Virus record (IMG/VR): IMGVR_UViG_3300046492_000237
Location: 1 to 64,000 of that record
Reading direction: 5' to 3' (one strand)
Length of the DNA: 64,000 nucleotides
Origin: a virus
In this document: positions 7,262 to 14,880 of the stretch, piece by piece
Layout: every line of letters starts with the position of its first letter
Position numbering within the stretch: position 1 is the stretch's first letter
Made by a program: the position numbers and the translations under genes
The notes under the pieces: generated by a model
Database searches by the model: none
Told to the model about the DNA's origin: nothing
The model's input: the letters and a program-made list of their open reading frames with translations, nothing else

Positions 7262-9891
7262 TGACTAGAAAACCATCGATCAAACTCCCTACGCCACATC
7301 GCGTACAGCAGAAGATTCTCGACAAAGCCAGCCGCTTCAACGCGGTCGCCATGGGCGAACAGGGCGGGAAAACTACCCTCGGCATCGAGGTGCTTTTGCT
7401 TGGCCCGCGCGGCGCTATCAAAGGCAAAGCCCCGGTAGGATGGTTCTCTGCTACCGAATCCAAAATGCTCGAAGTCGTTGGCATGGTGGTGGCGGCGATC
7501 GCGCCGCTGATCAAGCGCCGCATCAGCAACAAGCGGATCGACCTCACCACCGGCGGCTCGATGTTCTTCTACAGCATGGACGACCTTCCCGAGGTGTATG
7601 AGCAGTTCGGTCTGGTCGTTGTCGATGATGTCTGCCGGGTAAATGGATTCCTGTCCACCTATGAGCCGGTGCTCACTCAGGCCCTCGAAGCCCACAATGG
7701 CGACGCGTGGTTCCTTTCTGGCGCCTACGGTAAGCGCAACGACTTCCACAAGCTGCTGCAGGCCGGCAAGCAGGATCCTGACTGGTCGTGCTGGCAGTTC
7801 GATTCGTTCTGCAACCCATTCCTGAGCGCCGCCACCAAAGAGGAAGCCGACAAGGTCAGTGAACCAGAGTACCTGCAGCGCTTCGGCGCCGAGTTTCTGG
7901 ATGTCGCGATCGAGCTGACCAACGCGCAGCGCGTCATCGGGCCGGATGAAACATTCCGCCAGTGGGTTGAGCGACTGGCAGCGGACGGCCTCAAGGTCGA
8001 CGGGCGCGCATTCAAGCTGTCCGACCGCCCTGCCATGGCATGGATCTACGATCAGGTCCCCAGCACCGCAGACGAGGCCTTCCGCTACGTGCTGGTGCTG
8101 ATGAAGTGCGCACAGGTGGGATTTACCGTCATGGAAATGCTGGCGGTGATCTATCTGGGGATCAAGTTCCAGCCGGCGACCGTGGGCATGTTCCTGCCCG
8201 ATATGAACTTGGCCGGCCTCAAGTCTGCCGAACGCTTCATGCCGATCGTGCGCACCATCCCGGACGTTCACAACCTGATGACCATGGATGACCCTAACGG
8301 CGGCGGCAGGAAGTCTGGCGAAGGCAACGTGCGGACGCGGCGGATCTCCGAAGCGATGTTTGTCTTCAGCTGGACTTCCGGTCGATCGACCACGGAGTCG
8401 ATCCCGATGGACATCCTGTCGTTTGACGAAGTGCAGGAAATGACCCTCGAGCAGCTGGAGAAAACGCGCGAGCGTCTGTCTGCAAGCCCGATCCGTTTTA
8501 CGCTGATGGGCAGTACCGCGAACTGGCCGGACGTTGATATTCATCACTGGTACAAAAAGGGCAGCAAGCACCGATTCCATACCGAGTGCCCGCACTGCCT
8601 TGAGGCAAAGCCTCTGGACGACTACTTTCCGGAGTGCATCAAATACGACAAGATCACCAACCGGCATCGCTACGTCTGCTTCAGCTGCCAAGGCTGGATC
8701 GACGACACCCAGCGCGGCGAGTGGGTTGCAGAAGAACCCGAACTTGATCCGCCGATCGATCATTCGATGCCAAAGCGCGACTGGCCATTGCGCATTCGCT
8801 CAATTCACTTCCCGCAGTTCCTGTCGCCGACCATCTCGGCCGGCGAGATCATCGACGCGTACAACACCGCTACGGACATGAAGAACTTTTTCAACCGTAA
8901 GCTGGGCAAGCCGTACCTTGACCCGAGTCAGGTTCCGGTCACGCTCGAGCACATGGCGAACTGCGCCAAGGTCGGTATGGCCGCCGGTATCGTCTGGAAG
9001 TCGCGTGCGAAGGGTGCCTACATGGGCATCGACCAGATGGGTAACTTCAACGTTCATGTGATCAAGGAGCGGCTGCCAGACGGGCGTCAGGCCGTGATTC
9101 ACGTTGAGGAAACCTACAGCGCGGATCCGTTCGCGCGATCAGCTGAGCTGATGGACCTTTACGGCATCGCCATCTGCGTGGTCGAGATCAACCCGAACTA
9201 CAATGACGCGAAAAAGTTCGCCAACCAGTTCCCCGGCCGGGTATTCATCTGCAACAGCTTCGGCAGCATGATGGAAGGCATGATTCAGTGGGGCGACACG
9301 CCGAAACTCGATCGTAGCGATCGGCGCACCGATGAGGACGCTCAGGATCGCTACACACTGAAAATGGACCAGTACAAGTGCATGCAGGTCAGCATGTCGC
9401 GCTTCACCACGCCAGAGCCATCCTGCATCTTCCCCGACCCGCAGGGGTTGGTACAGGAAGTCATCGACAAGGGCCAGAAACAGATGGTGGCCGTCCTCCC
9501 GCGCGTGTTCCACCACTTCACCAAGACCGCACTTGTGGCGGAAAAGGACGAGGAAACGAACCAGTACCGGCGATCGGTTAAAAAGGTCGGCATCGACCCC
9601 CACTTCAGCTACGCCAACATGCTGTGCGATGTGGCATGGTCGCGATCGCACGGCACCACCACGTTCATCCTGCCCGATATAGACAGCACCCAGCGCGGCA
9701 TGCTGGAGCCGGGCAACATTCAGGTGCCGGGCACGATCGCTGCGGCAATGCATGAACAGCAGATGGCGCTGGAGGACACCTGTGGGCGTTGCACGCACTT
9801 CAACGAGGAAACCCGCATGTGCGTGGAGAACATGGTGCTGACCCGCGCCACAAGTCCGAGCTGCTACGCCTACATCGCCAAGCAGTCGTGA
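7261..9891 (+). CDS. Terminase large subunit: lambda GpA-like ATPase, Zn-binding segment and RNase H-like nuclease, with an extra N-terminal ATPase-like domain
   Basis: KCAQVGFT (GpA-type Walker A), ILSFDEV (Walker B), CPHC/CFSC and YMGIDQ (nuclease). The N-terminus has QQKIL...MGEQGGKTT and LVVVDD. Confidence 0.85.
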   Translation: MTRKPSIKLPTPHRVQQKILDKASRFNAVAMGEQGGKTTLGIEVLLLGPRGAIKGKAPVGWFSATESKMLEVVGMVVAAIAPLIKRRISNKRIDLTTGGSMFFYSMDDLPEVYEQFGLVVVDDVCRVNGFLSTYEPVLTQALEAHNGDAWFLSGAYGKRNDFHKLLQAGKQDPDWSCWQFDSFCNPFLSAATKEEADKVSEPEYLQRFGAEFLDVAIELTNAQRVIGPDETFRQWVERLAADGLKVDGRAFKLSDRPAMAWIYDQVPSTADEAFRYVLVLMKCAQVGFTVMEMLAVIYLGIKFQPATVGMFLPDMNLAGLKSAERFMPIVRTIPDVHNLMTMDDPNGGGRKSGEGNVRTRRISEAMFVFSWTSGRSTTESIPMDILSFDEVQEMTLEQLEKTRERLSASPIRFTLMGSTANWPDVDIHHWYKKGSKHRFHTECPHCLEAKPLDDYFPECIKYDKITNRHRYVCFSCQGWIDDTQRGEWVAEEPELDPPIDHSMPKRDWPLRIRSIHFPQFLSPTISAGEIIDAYNTATDMKNFFNRKLGKPYLDPSQVPVTLEHMANCAKVGMAAGIVWKSRAKGAYMGIDQMGNFNVHVIKERLPDGRQAVIHVEETYSADPFARSAELMDLYGIAICVVEINPNYNDAKKFANQFPGRVFICNSFGSMMEGMIQWGDTPKLDRSDRRTDEDAQDRYTLKMDQYKCMQVSMSRFTTPEPSCIFPDPQGLVQEVIDKGQKQMVAVLPRVFHHFTKTALVAEKDEETNQYRRSVKKVGIDPHFSYANMLCDVAWSRSHGTTTFILPDIDSTQRGMLEPGNIQVPGTIAAAMHEQQMALEDTCGRCTHFNEETRMCVENMVLTRATSPSCYAYIAKQS

Positions 9892-9907
9892 AACCAGACT
9901 GGTCACT
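9885..9907 (+). promoter_or_regulatory. Late-promoter motif variant GTCGTGAA-accAgacT upstream of 9927
   Basis: Overlaps the terminase stop codon; A and T are at the conserved positions. Confidence 0.55.
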
Positions 9908-9926
9908 TCGATAGATGAGGTGACCG

Positions 9927-10568
9927 ATGAAAATGAAGCTGCTGGACTACCCGCGCGCACTGGTGCAGGCGATCGGCCTGATCACCCTGCGCGTGGTGCT
10001 GATTGTGGCGGGGTTTGCGGTTGTACCGATCGCGCTGCCATTCCGCAAGGTTGACGCGAGCACCACCAAGCCATTCACTGAAAACGCAGGAAACTGGACG
10101 CTGGTCACGCTGCCCCGCTGGGCGTGGCTATGGTCCAACGACCGTGATGGAGCCATGGGCGATGAGCGCGGCTGGTGGCATGTCAACGGGCCGTTCGGCC
10201 TTCCGTCCGATCACTGGTTTTCTATGCTGGTCTGGCTGGCCCTCCGCAACCCTGCAAATAACGCGCGCTTCACCAAATTCATGGGCTGCCCGGTACTCGA
10301 CTGCGTGTATGACTACTGGGGCGACAAGGTGGTCAAGGACAAGGTAGGGAATGCGGGACGGCGTTTTCTGGTCGCCACGCACAAGGTAACTGACCGACGC
10401 TACTACGGTTTCTACTGGGTTAAGATCTGGAACCCGCAGCGCGCACTGGTCGTGCAGATCGGGTTCAAGGGCGAGCCATCGGACTGGCAAGAGGATTATT
10501 CTGGCGATGAGAGCCGGCAATGGAAGGGGCTGACCTGCGAGATCAACCCATGGAAGAATATCGCCTGA
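9927..10568 (+). CDS. Trp-rich membrane-anchored phage protein
   Basis: N-terminal hydrophobic helix, LPRWAWLWSNDRDG and WLALRNPANN motifs, GAGGTG RBS. Confidence 0.7.
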   Translation: MKMKLLDYPRALVQAIGLITLRVVLIVAGFAVVPIALPFRKVDASTTKPFTENAGNWTLVTLPRWAWLWSNDRDGAMGDERGWWHVNGPFGLPSDHWFSMLVWLALRNPANNARFTKFMGCPVLDCVYDYWGDKVVKDKVGNAGRRFLVATHKVTDRRYYGFYWVKIWNPQRALVVQIGFKGEPSDWQEDYSGDESRQWKGLTCEINPWKNIA

Positions 10569-10571
10569 CGG

Positions 10572-10964
10572 CTACTGCCCGCCAGTCAGCAGGAACTGGC
10601 TCATGTAGTCGCTCCACGTCGTGAAGCCCGGCAGTTTTTTGAAGTCGTCAACGCTCAGCAGGATGTAAATGTCCTTGCCGGTGTTCTGGTCGACGCCGGA
10701 ATATTCAACGCTGCCGTCGCGATTCACCAGCCAGCACCCGAGGTTGATACGCTGGGTGCTGGCTGGATACCCGGCTACCGCCGATAACATCCGCGCAGAA
10801 TGCTGGCCGAACTTGCAATCGATCGAGTCGACAGGGCCGTCACTGAGCTGCAGGGTCAGCACGGTTGTTTTGTAGGTGACCACGCGCTCGGCGATGGCCT
10901 GCTCAGCGTTTGCCGAACCAACCATGGCCAGCACCAGCCCTATCGCCGCGATTACCTGCTTCAT
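10572..10964 (-). CDS. Exported hypothetical protein
   Basis: Sec-type signal peptide MKQVIAAIGLVLAMVGSANA; GGAGG RBS. Confidence 0.75.
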   Translation of the reverse strand: MKQVIAAIGLVLAMVGSANAEQAIAERVVTYKTTVLTLQLSDGPVDSIDCKFGQHSARMLSAVAGYPASTQRINLGCWLVNRDGSVEYSGVDQNTGKDIYILLSVDDFKKLPGFTTWSDYMSQFLLTGGQ

Positions 10965-10979
10965 ACAGCCTCCGATCGA

Positions 10980-11552
10980 TCAGAATGGGGTATCCAGAAA
11001 ATCCCGAAGTTCTTCTTTGAATGCCGCCACGTCAAGTCCTTGCCATGAGTCTATGCGCTTTATGACTTTTTGGGTAACCACCGTTCGGTGCTCATGCTTT
11101 CCGCAGTGTTTGCACTTGCGCGCGTTGCGGTTGATCATCACCCAATCATGAGCGCCATCAGGCCAGACGATGCAACGTCCGCGTGCCAGATATTCGCTCC
11201 AAAACCAGTCGGTGACATCAAGCCAGTTGGCCGTGTTGAAAGCACCACCGTAGGAGTAATCGCAGTGCCCTTTGCCTGCCCTGCATACCTCGCGCAACGG
11301 TTGACCGAGGAAGTGCCCGTCGTGCATCTGACCGATATAAAGCAGGCGCAGGTGCAAATTTTCGCCAGACTTCACGCCGTCCAGCGTTGGTGAGAATGGG
11401 CACCCGTAAATGCTGTCCCACGCTGAAACATAGATCCGCTCACGGCCTTTCTTGGCAGCGCGCAGGTACAGACGCCAGCTGAACTTGTCCGATTTGCTTC
11501 GCTCTGCCGGCTTGATCTGATTGGCGAAAGCAATGCGTTCCTTTGTGTCCAT
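10980..11552 (-). CDS. Hypothetical protein with a C-terminal CxxC
   Basis: 190-aa ORF with CKHCG. Confidence 0.7.
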   Translation of the reverse strand: MDTKERIAFANQIKPAERSKSDKFSWRLYLRAAKKGRERIYVSAWDSIYGCPFSPTLDGVKSGENLHLRLLYIGQMHDGHFLGQPLREVCRAGKGHCDYSYGGAFNTANWLDVTDWFWSEYLARGRCIVWPDGAHDWVMINRNARKCKHCGKHEHRTVVTQKVIKRIDSWQGLDVAAFKEELRDFLDTPF

Positions 11553-11593
11553 GATTATCCCCAGCCGGGCAGAGCCCGGCGGTCAAAGGTGGC

Positions 11594-12535
11594 TCAGGCA
11601 GATGTCAACTCTGGCTTGACATCTGCTTCGGCTTCATCAGCTGGAGGCTCATAGCCCAGAAGGTCGCACAGCGAGGTCACAACGTTGCCGAACAGCATCG
11701 ACTGCACCGATGCTTCCTGCTGCCAGATGTACAGGCCGTCGTCTTCAGGATTGTGTTCGATGTCGTCAAGGTAGCCGACCTGCTTGAACGTGAAGTCCTG
11801 ATTCAGCTTGAACTCGACGCCGCCGTAACCGAGGCTCAGCGCGCTCACTTCGAAGCCGGATTCGATGCGCTCGAGGATGCCGATCTTTGCCGCATCCAGC
11901 GCATCCAGCTTGTAAGTGACCTTCTGGCTGCCGCGCGCCAGATCAACCTGCTCGCCGACAAGGAACTCATTGACCGCGAAGGCACCGTGGTCGTCGTTGA
12001 GGTGGTTCTTCAGGCGGGTCGTCAGGCCGTTTTTGATGTCGCTGATGTGGATGGTGGTGGTCTTCACGCTGCCAACCACTTGAATCAGTGTGCCGATAAC
12101 GTGGCTGGCCAGAAGCTTGCTGGTCACCGGAACGATCAGATAGTTTTTGTCTTCGCGGTAATAGACGGTGATGATCGCGGTCTTCACCAATGCAGTCTTG
12201 GCGAGCTGCACCAGCGTGTCGTCATGGATGGCCAGTCGCTCCACTTTGCTCAGGCGGGCGCCGGTCTGGGACTGGATTTTTGCAATGCGTTCTTCGGCGC
12301 GTGCGCGGACGATCGCTTTCGGCAGGATCTTTTCGTCGAGGCGCATGCAGAAGGCGTAGCCACCGACAAACTCGGTCACCAGCTCATTGCTGATCTTGTG
12401 CGGAACAAAGCTGATGCGGGCCAGCTCGGTTTCGCCGATCGGTGCATACGGGCGTTCGGCAAGGTGCATGCCGAGGTGATGAGCTTGTGGCAGGGTGGCG
12501 GCATAAACGATGGCTTTTTTGATGAGGGTAGACAT
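11594..12535 (-). CDS. rdgC: Recombination-associated protein RdgC
   Basis: Typical RdgC features: ARISFVP, RLDEKILPKAIV, LTTRLK, and overall length of 313 aa. Confidence 0.8.
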   Translation of the reverse strand: MSTLIKKAIVYAATLPQAHHLGMHLAERPYAPIGETELARISFVPHKISNELVTEFVGGYAFCMRLDEKILPKAIVRARAEERIAKIQSQTGARLSKVERLAIHDDTLVQLAKTALVKTAIITVYYREDKNYLIVPVTSKLLASHVIGTLIQVVGSVKTTTIHISDIKNGLTTRLKNHLNDDHGAFAVNEFLVGEQVDLARGSQKVTYKLDALDAAKIGILERIESGFEVSALSLGYGGVEFKLNQDFTFKQVGYLDDIEHNPEDDGLYIWQQEASVQSMLFGNVVTSLCDLLGYEPPADEAEADVKPELTSA

Positions 12536-12588
12536 GGGTTTACTCTTTTGTCGTCGAGGTGGTTGCCCGGCCGAAGCCGGGCAGTTGG

Positions 12589-13173
12589 TTACGCGGTTAC
12601 TGGAACAGGTTGCGGCGGCATAGCCCGGGCGTAGTGCCGGATCAGCAGCGCGGTGATCAGGATCCCGCCACCGATGGCCACGGCCACGATCAGCAGGACC
12701 ATTGCGACCTTCTGCTGGTCTTTATCACCCTTGAAGAGATCTCCTACCTTGCTGAAGGCATCGGGAACGTTGCTGGCGGCGCTGTAAACGTTGTGCGCCA
12801 TGGCGAAGGTGTTCCACGCGGCCACGCCAATATTGGCAATGTTGCGCTCACGCCATGCGGTGATCAGCGAGTGGATGGTGATGATCAGGCCTGATCCCAG
12901 CGCGGGCACGATGATCAGCAGGTACCAGAGACTGATTGTCGACTCGAGGTATTGCTGCGGAAGGTGTCCGGTGGCAAATGCGGTAAAGCCAAACACCAGA
13001 ATCAGCACCGAGCTGAAACCAACCACGGACTGGATCGCCGCGCACCAGACGAGAAGGCGCATGAAGCCGCCGGACTTTTTAGCCTCGTACCAGATCGACC
13101 CTGCAGTTCGACAGTTGTACCAACTGATGAACAGGTTGAGCGCCAGCACGCCGATGATGAAAAGTAGTTCCAT
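12589..13173 (-). CDS. Multi-pass membrane protein
   Basis: About four hydrophobic segments; own promoter and operator at 13226-13255. Confidence 0.75.
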   Translation of the reverse strand: MELLFIIGVLALNLFISWYNCRTAGSIWYEAKKSGGFMRLLVWCAAIQSVVGFSSVLILVFGFTAFATGHLPQQYLESTISLWYLLIIVPALGSGLIITIHSLITAWRERNIANIGVAAWNTFAMAHNVYSAASNVPDAFSKVGDLFKGDKDQQKVAMVLLIVAVAIGGGILITALLIRHYARAMPPQPVPVTA

Positions 13174-13225
13174 GATGTTTCCCGAGAAAGAGCCGCGCAC
13201 CGGGGCGGCAAACCGTTGAGGCTCA

Positions 13226-13255
13226 ATGGTAGTTCATCATATTTGATTAATGCAA
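13226..13255 (-). promoter_or_regulatory. Promoter TTGCAT-18-TACCAT with an operator in the spacer (13233-13250, TTCATCA-TATT-TGATTAA on +)
   Basis: Read directly from sequence. Confidence 0.6.
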
Positions 13256-13278
13256 TAGCGCTCATAAAGATTACAGGC

Positions 13279-13309
13279 AAAAAAAAGCCCCGACTCAGCG
13301 TCGGGGCTT
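13279..13309 (-). terminator. Rho-independent terminator ending the ncRNA cluster
   Basis: On the minus strand AAGCCCCGAC-GCTGA-GTCGGGGC followed by T8. Confidence 0.85.
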
Positions 13310-13480
13310 GATGTGATGTCCGGTGCTGAGATCCCGGTTCATGGCGAGAATTGAACTCGCGACGCGCCTTTTGTGAGGTCGCTCTACCAACTGAGCTACA
13401 TGATCACGATCTGGTCACCCGGTCTAGAAATCCGGTTACCCGTCCCGCTTAGCGTATCAGCCTACGCATTCATCAACATC
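13310..13480 (-). ncRNA. Structured RNA module A (closing stem plus two kissing hairpins) with a nested tRNA-like element at 13336-13405
   Basis: GATGTTGATG/CATCACATC stem; GCGT-AGGCTGAT-ACGC and CCGG-GATCTCAGCA-CCGG hairpins; nested TAGCTCAGTTGGTAGAGC D-arm and GCGAG-TTCAATT-CTCGC T-arm. Confidence 0.65.
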
Positions 13481-13591
13481 GGAGTGTGAACTGTCCGGGG
13501 CTCAACCGGCATTTCGCGGAAGGGACAACCCTAAAGGCTGCCTGTCGGCACGACCGCTGCTCGAGACTTAGCTTCAGTTCACACTCCGATG
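13477..13591 (-). ncRNA. Structured RNA module B closed by a perfect 17-bp inverted repeat
   Basis: CATCGGAGTGTGAACTG ... CAGTTCACACTCCGATG, with a CCGG-loop-CCGG-A hairpin before the 3' arm, as in module A. Confidence 0.55.
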
Positions 13592-13733
13592 CAGCCTAGT
13601 GCTACGTCTAGGTCGTATCGGTACAGCTTATTCAAACTGGCGTGCGCCTTGACCGGGCTTACAGTTCCGATCGCGCCCCTGTTATGCCTGCATCGGGGCA
13701 GCTAACATGCCAGCATTCCGAGCTGTCGCGGTT

Positions 13734-13897
13734 GATACAGATGGCCGGCGCTGATCCCCGGCACTTCGCGTTCCTTTGGCCCTCGGGTCTTTTCCAGCAT
13801 CCTGCTGCCTATACCGTCATGTTCGCCTTACTAGGGTTACTTGCAATCGAGCTGCCATCCGCTTAGCGGCGCACCAGCCTGCGCATTCATCTGCATC
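13734..13897 (-). ncRNA. Structured RNA module D, a second copy of the module A scaffold
   Basis: GATGCAGATG-AAT-GCGC-AGGCTGGT-GCGC ... GCCGG-GGATCAGCG-CCGGC-CATCTGTATC. Confidence 0.65.
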
Positions 13898-13970
13898 CCT
13901 GACAGTCATGCTCGGTGGCCACGGCTTGATCCAAGAGGGCTCATGGCTGTCAGGTGATAAAGACGATCAT

Positions 13971-14138
13971 CTGCATCGGACAAGCATCAAGTTCGCGGCG
14001 TCCCGCTAGCTGCGTTAATCGTGGAGGATTCGAACCCCGGCATCTGTCAGGTGGGATCTTGAAACCCCCATGGGCCAAGCGTAATCCCCTTCCAGTTGTA
14101 CAGCCATTCCACGCAGGCTTGATGCTTGTCCGATGCAG
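13971..14138 (-). ncRNA. Perfect 21-bp inverted repeat enclosing a degenerate tRNA-like element with a T-loop and a possible UCA loop
   Basis: CTGCATCGGACAAGCATCAAG (13971-13991) pairs with 14118-14138; GGGGTTCGAATCC lies inside on the minus strand. Confidence 0.5.
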
Positions 14139-14290
14139 CCTCGCCAAGGAGGCTTGATTCTGATTGGCGAAGTTGTCGGTCTGGTCTCTCCCAGATGTCA
14201 CGGATGTTTGTTTTGCCGATATCTCCGCTATGCTGGCCAGCTTTGCGGACTTTACCTTCCCCGGCTCCTCGTTACCGTCTCGTCTCCGTT

Positions 14291-14366
14291 TGGCAGGTCG
14301 TCAGGGATTCGAACCCCATCCACACGGCTTTGGAGGCCGGCATGCATGCCATCACAACCACGACCT
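14291..14366 (-). tRNA. tRNA-Trp (CCA)
   Basis: Acceptor stem AGGTCGT/ACGACCT plus G-CCA end; anticodon arm CGGC-CT-CCA-AA-GCCG; T-loop GGTTCGAATCC; 76 nt; D-arm atypical. Confidence 0.85.
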
Positions 14367-14491
14367 AAAATCAGTGAAGCCACATTAGGGCGGACTCTCC
14401 CGAGTACACAGAGAACATCGGGGAAGGATGCGGGAAAGCCCGCTCTAATGTGAGCCTCTTGCCAGACTGTGCATCATGCCCGGCGAGTTGG

Positions 14492-14520
14492 AATCTACTT
14501 GCTTGCTCAAATCAGAGCAA
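14492..14520 (-). promoter_or_regulatory. Promoter TTGCTC-17-TAGATT driving the ncRNA/tRNA cluster, overlapped by the operator at 14503-14520
   Basis: Read directly from sequence; operator reads TTGCTCA-AATC-AGAGCAA on +. Confidence 0.7.
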
Positions 14521-14534
14521 GATGTTTTTGCAGT

Positions 14535-14780
14535 TTATTTTTGGGTGTTTGGCTGGAATCTTTTCCGATACTGCCTTTTTTTGTCGGTGTCGCAGGCCTT
14601 GCACCAGCTGTGATAAGCATTGCGCGATGGAAGCCAGCAGAAAAAATCAGGATCCAGCGGCCACCACTCACTGCATTTTGTGCAAAGTTTTTCTTGACCG
14701 TCCTCGGTGTTCGCCACCGACACCTCATGCCAGTGCGTGGCGAGAAGTTGCTTGGCACGTTTTTTTGCTGCAAAACTCAT
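14535..14780 (-). CDS. Small Zn-ribbon protein (CxxC...CxxC)
   Basis: KLCTKCSEWWP...WCKAC; the upstream ATG at 14816 lies within a predicted -10 box, so the later start is preferred. Confidence 0.6.
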   Translation of the reverse strand: MSFAAKKRAKQLLATHWHEVSVANTEDGQEKLCTKCSEWWPLDPDFFCWLPSRNAYHSWCKACDTDKKRQYRKRFQPNTQK

Positions 14781-14857
14781 TTCGCCACTCGATGTCTTTA
14801 GTGATTGCAGGATCATAGCTCAAATATGATTATCGGCAAAGATAGCAGCGATAAACC

Positions 14858-14880
14858 GTCGTGACGGCATGCTGTGGCCA
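14858..14880 (+). promoter_or_regulatory. Late promoter; +1 is the portal ATG (leaderless)
   Basis: GTCGTGAC-ggcAtgcT-gtggcc-ATG. Confidence 0.75.

Noticed and set aside
6967-8763. Long antisense ORFs (also 19914-21482, 26060-27883, 36689-38959, 52188-53489)
   Set aside because: Shadow frames of GC-rich, codon-biased genes on the opposite strand; no recognisable motifs.
13856-13867. 12-nt identity (CCATCCGCTTAG) between ncRNA module D and the lysis hairpin arm at 42276-42287, suggesting antisense control of lysis
   Set aside because: Several 12-mer matches between a 1.2-kb region and 64 kb are expected by chance; not supportable without conservation data.
13310-14460. CRISPR array interpretation of the repeated RNA modules
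   Set aside because: No identical direct repeats with regular spacing and no cas genes; the units are inverted-repeat-closed structures.
13642-14818. Short ORFs overlapping the tRNA/ncRNA cluster
   Set aside because: No RBS or protein-like composition, and they overlap a clear tRNA and long stems.
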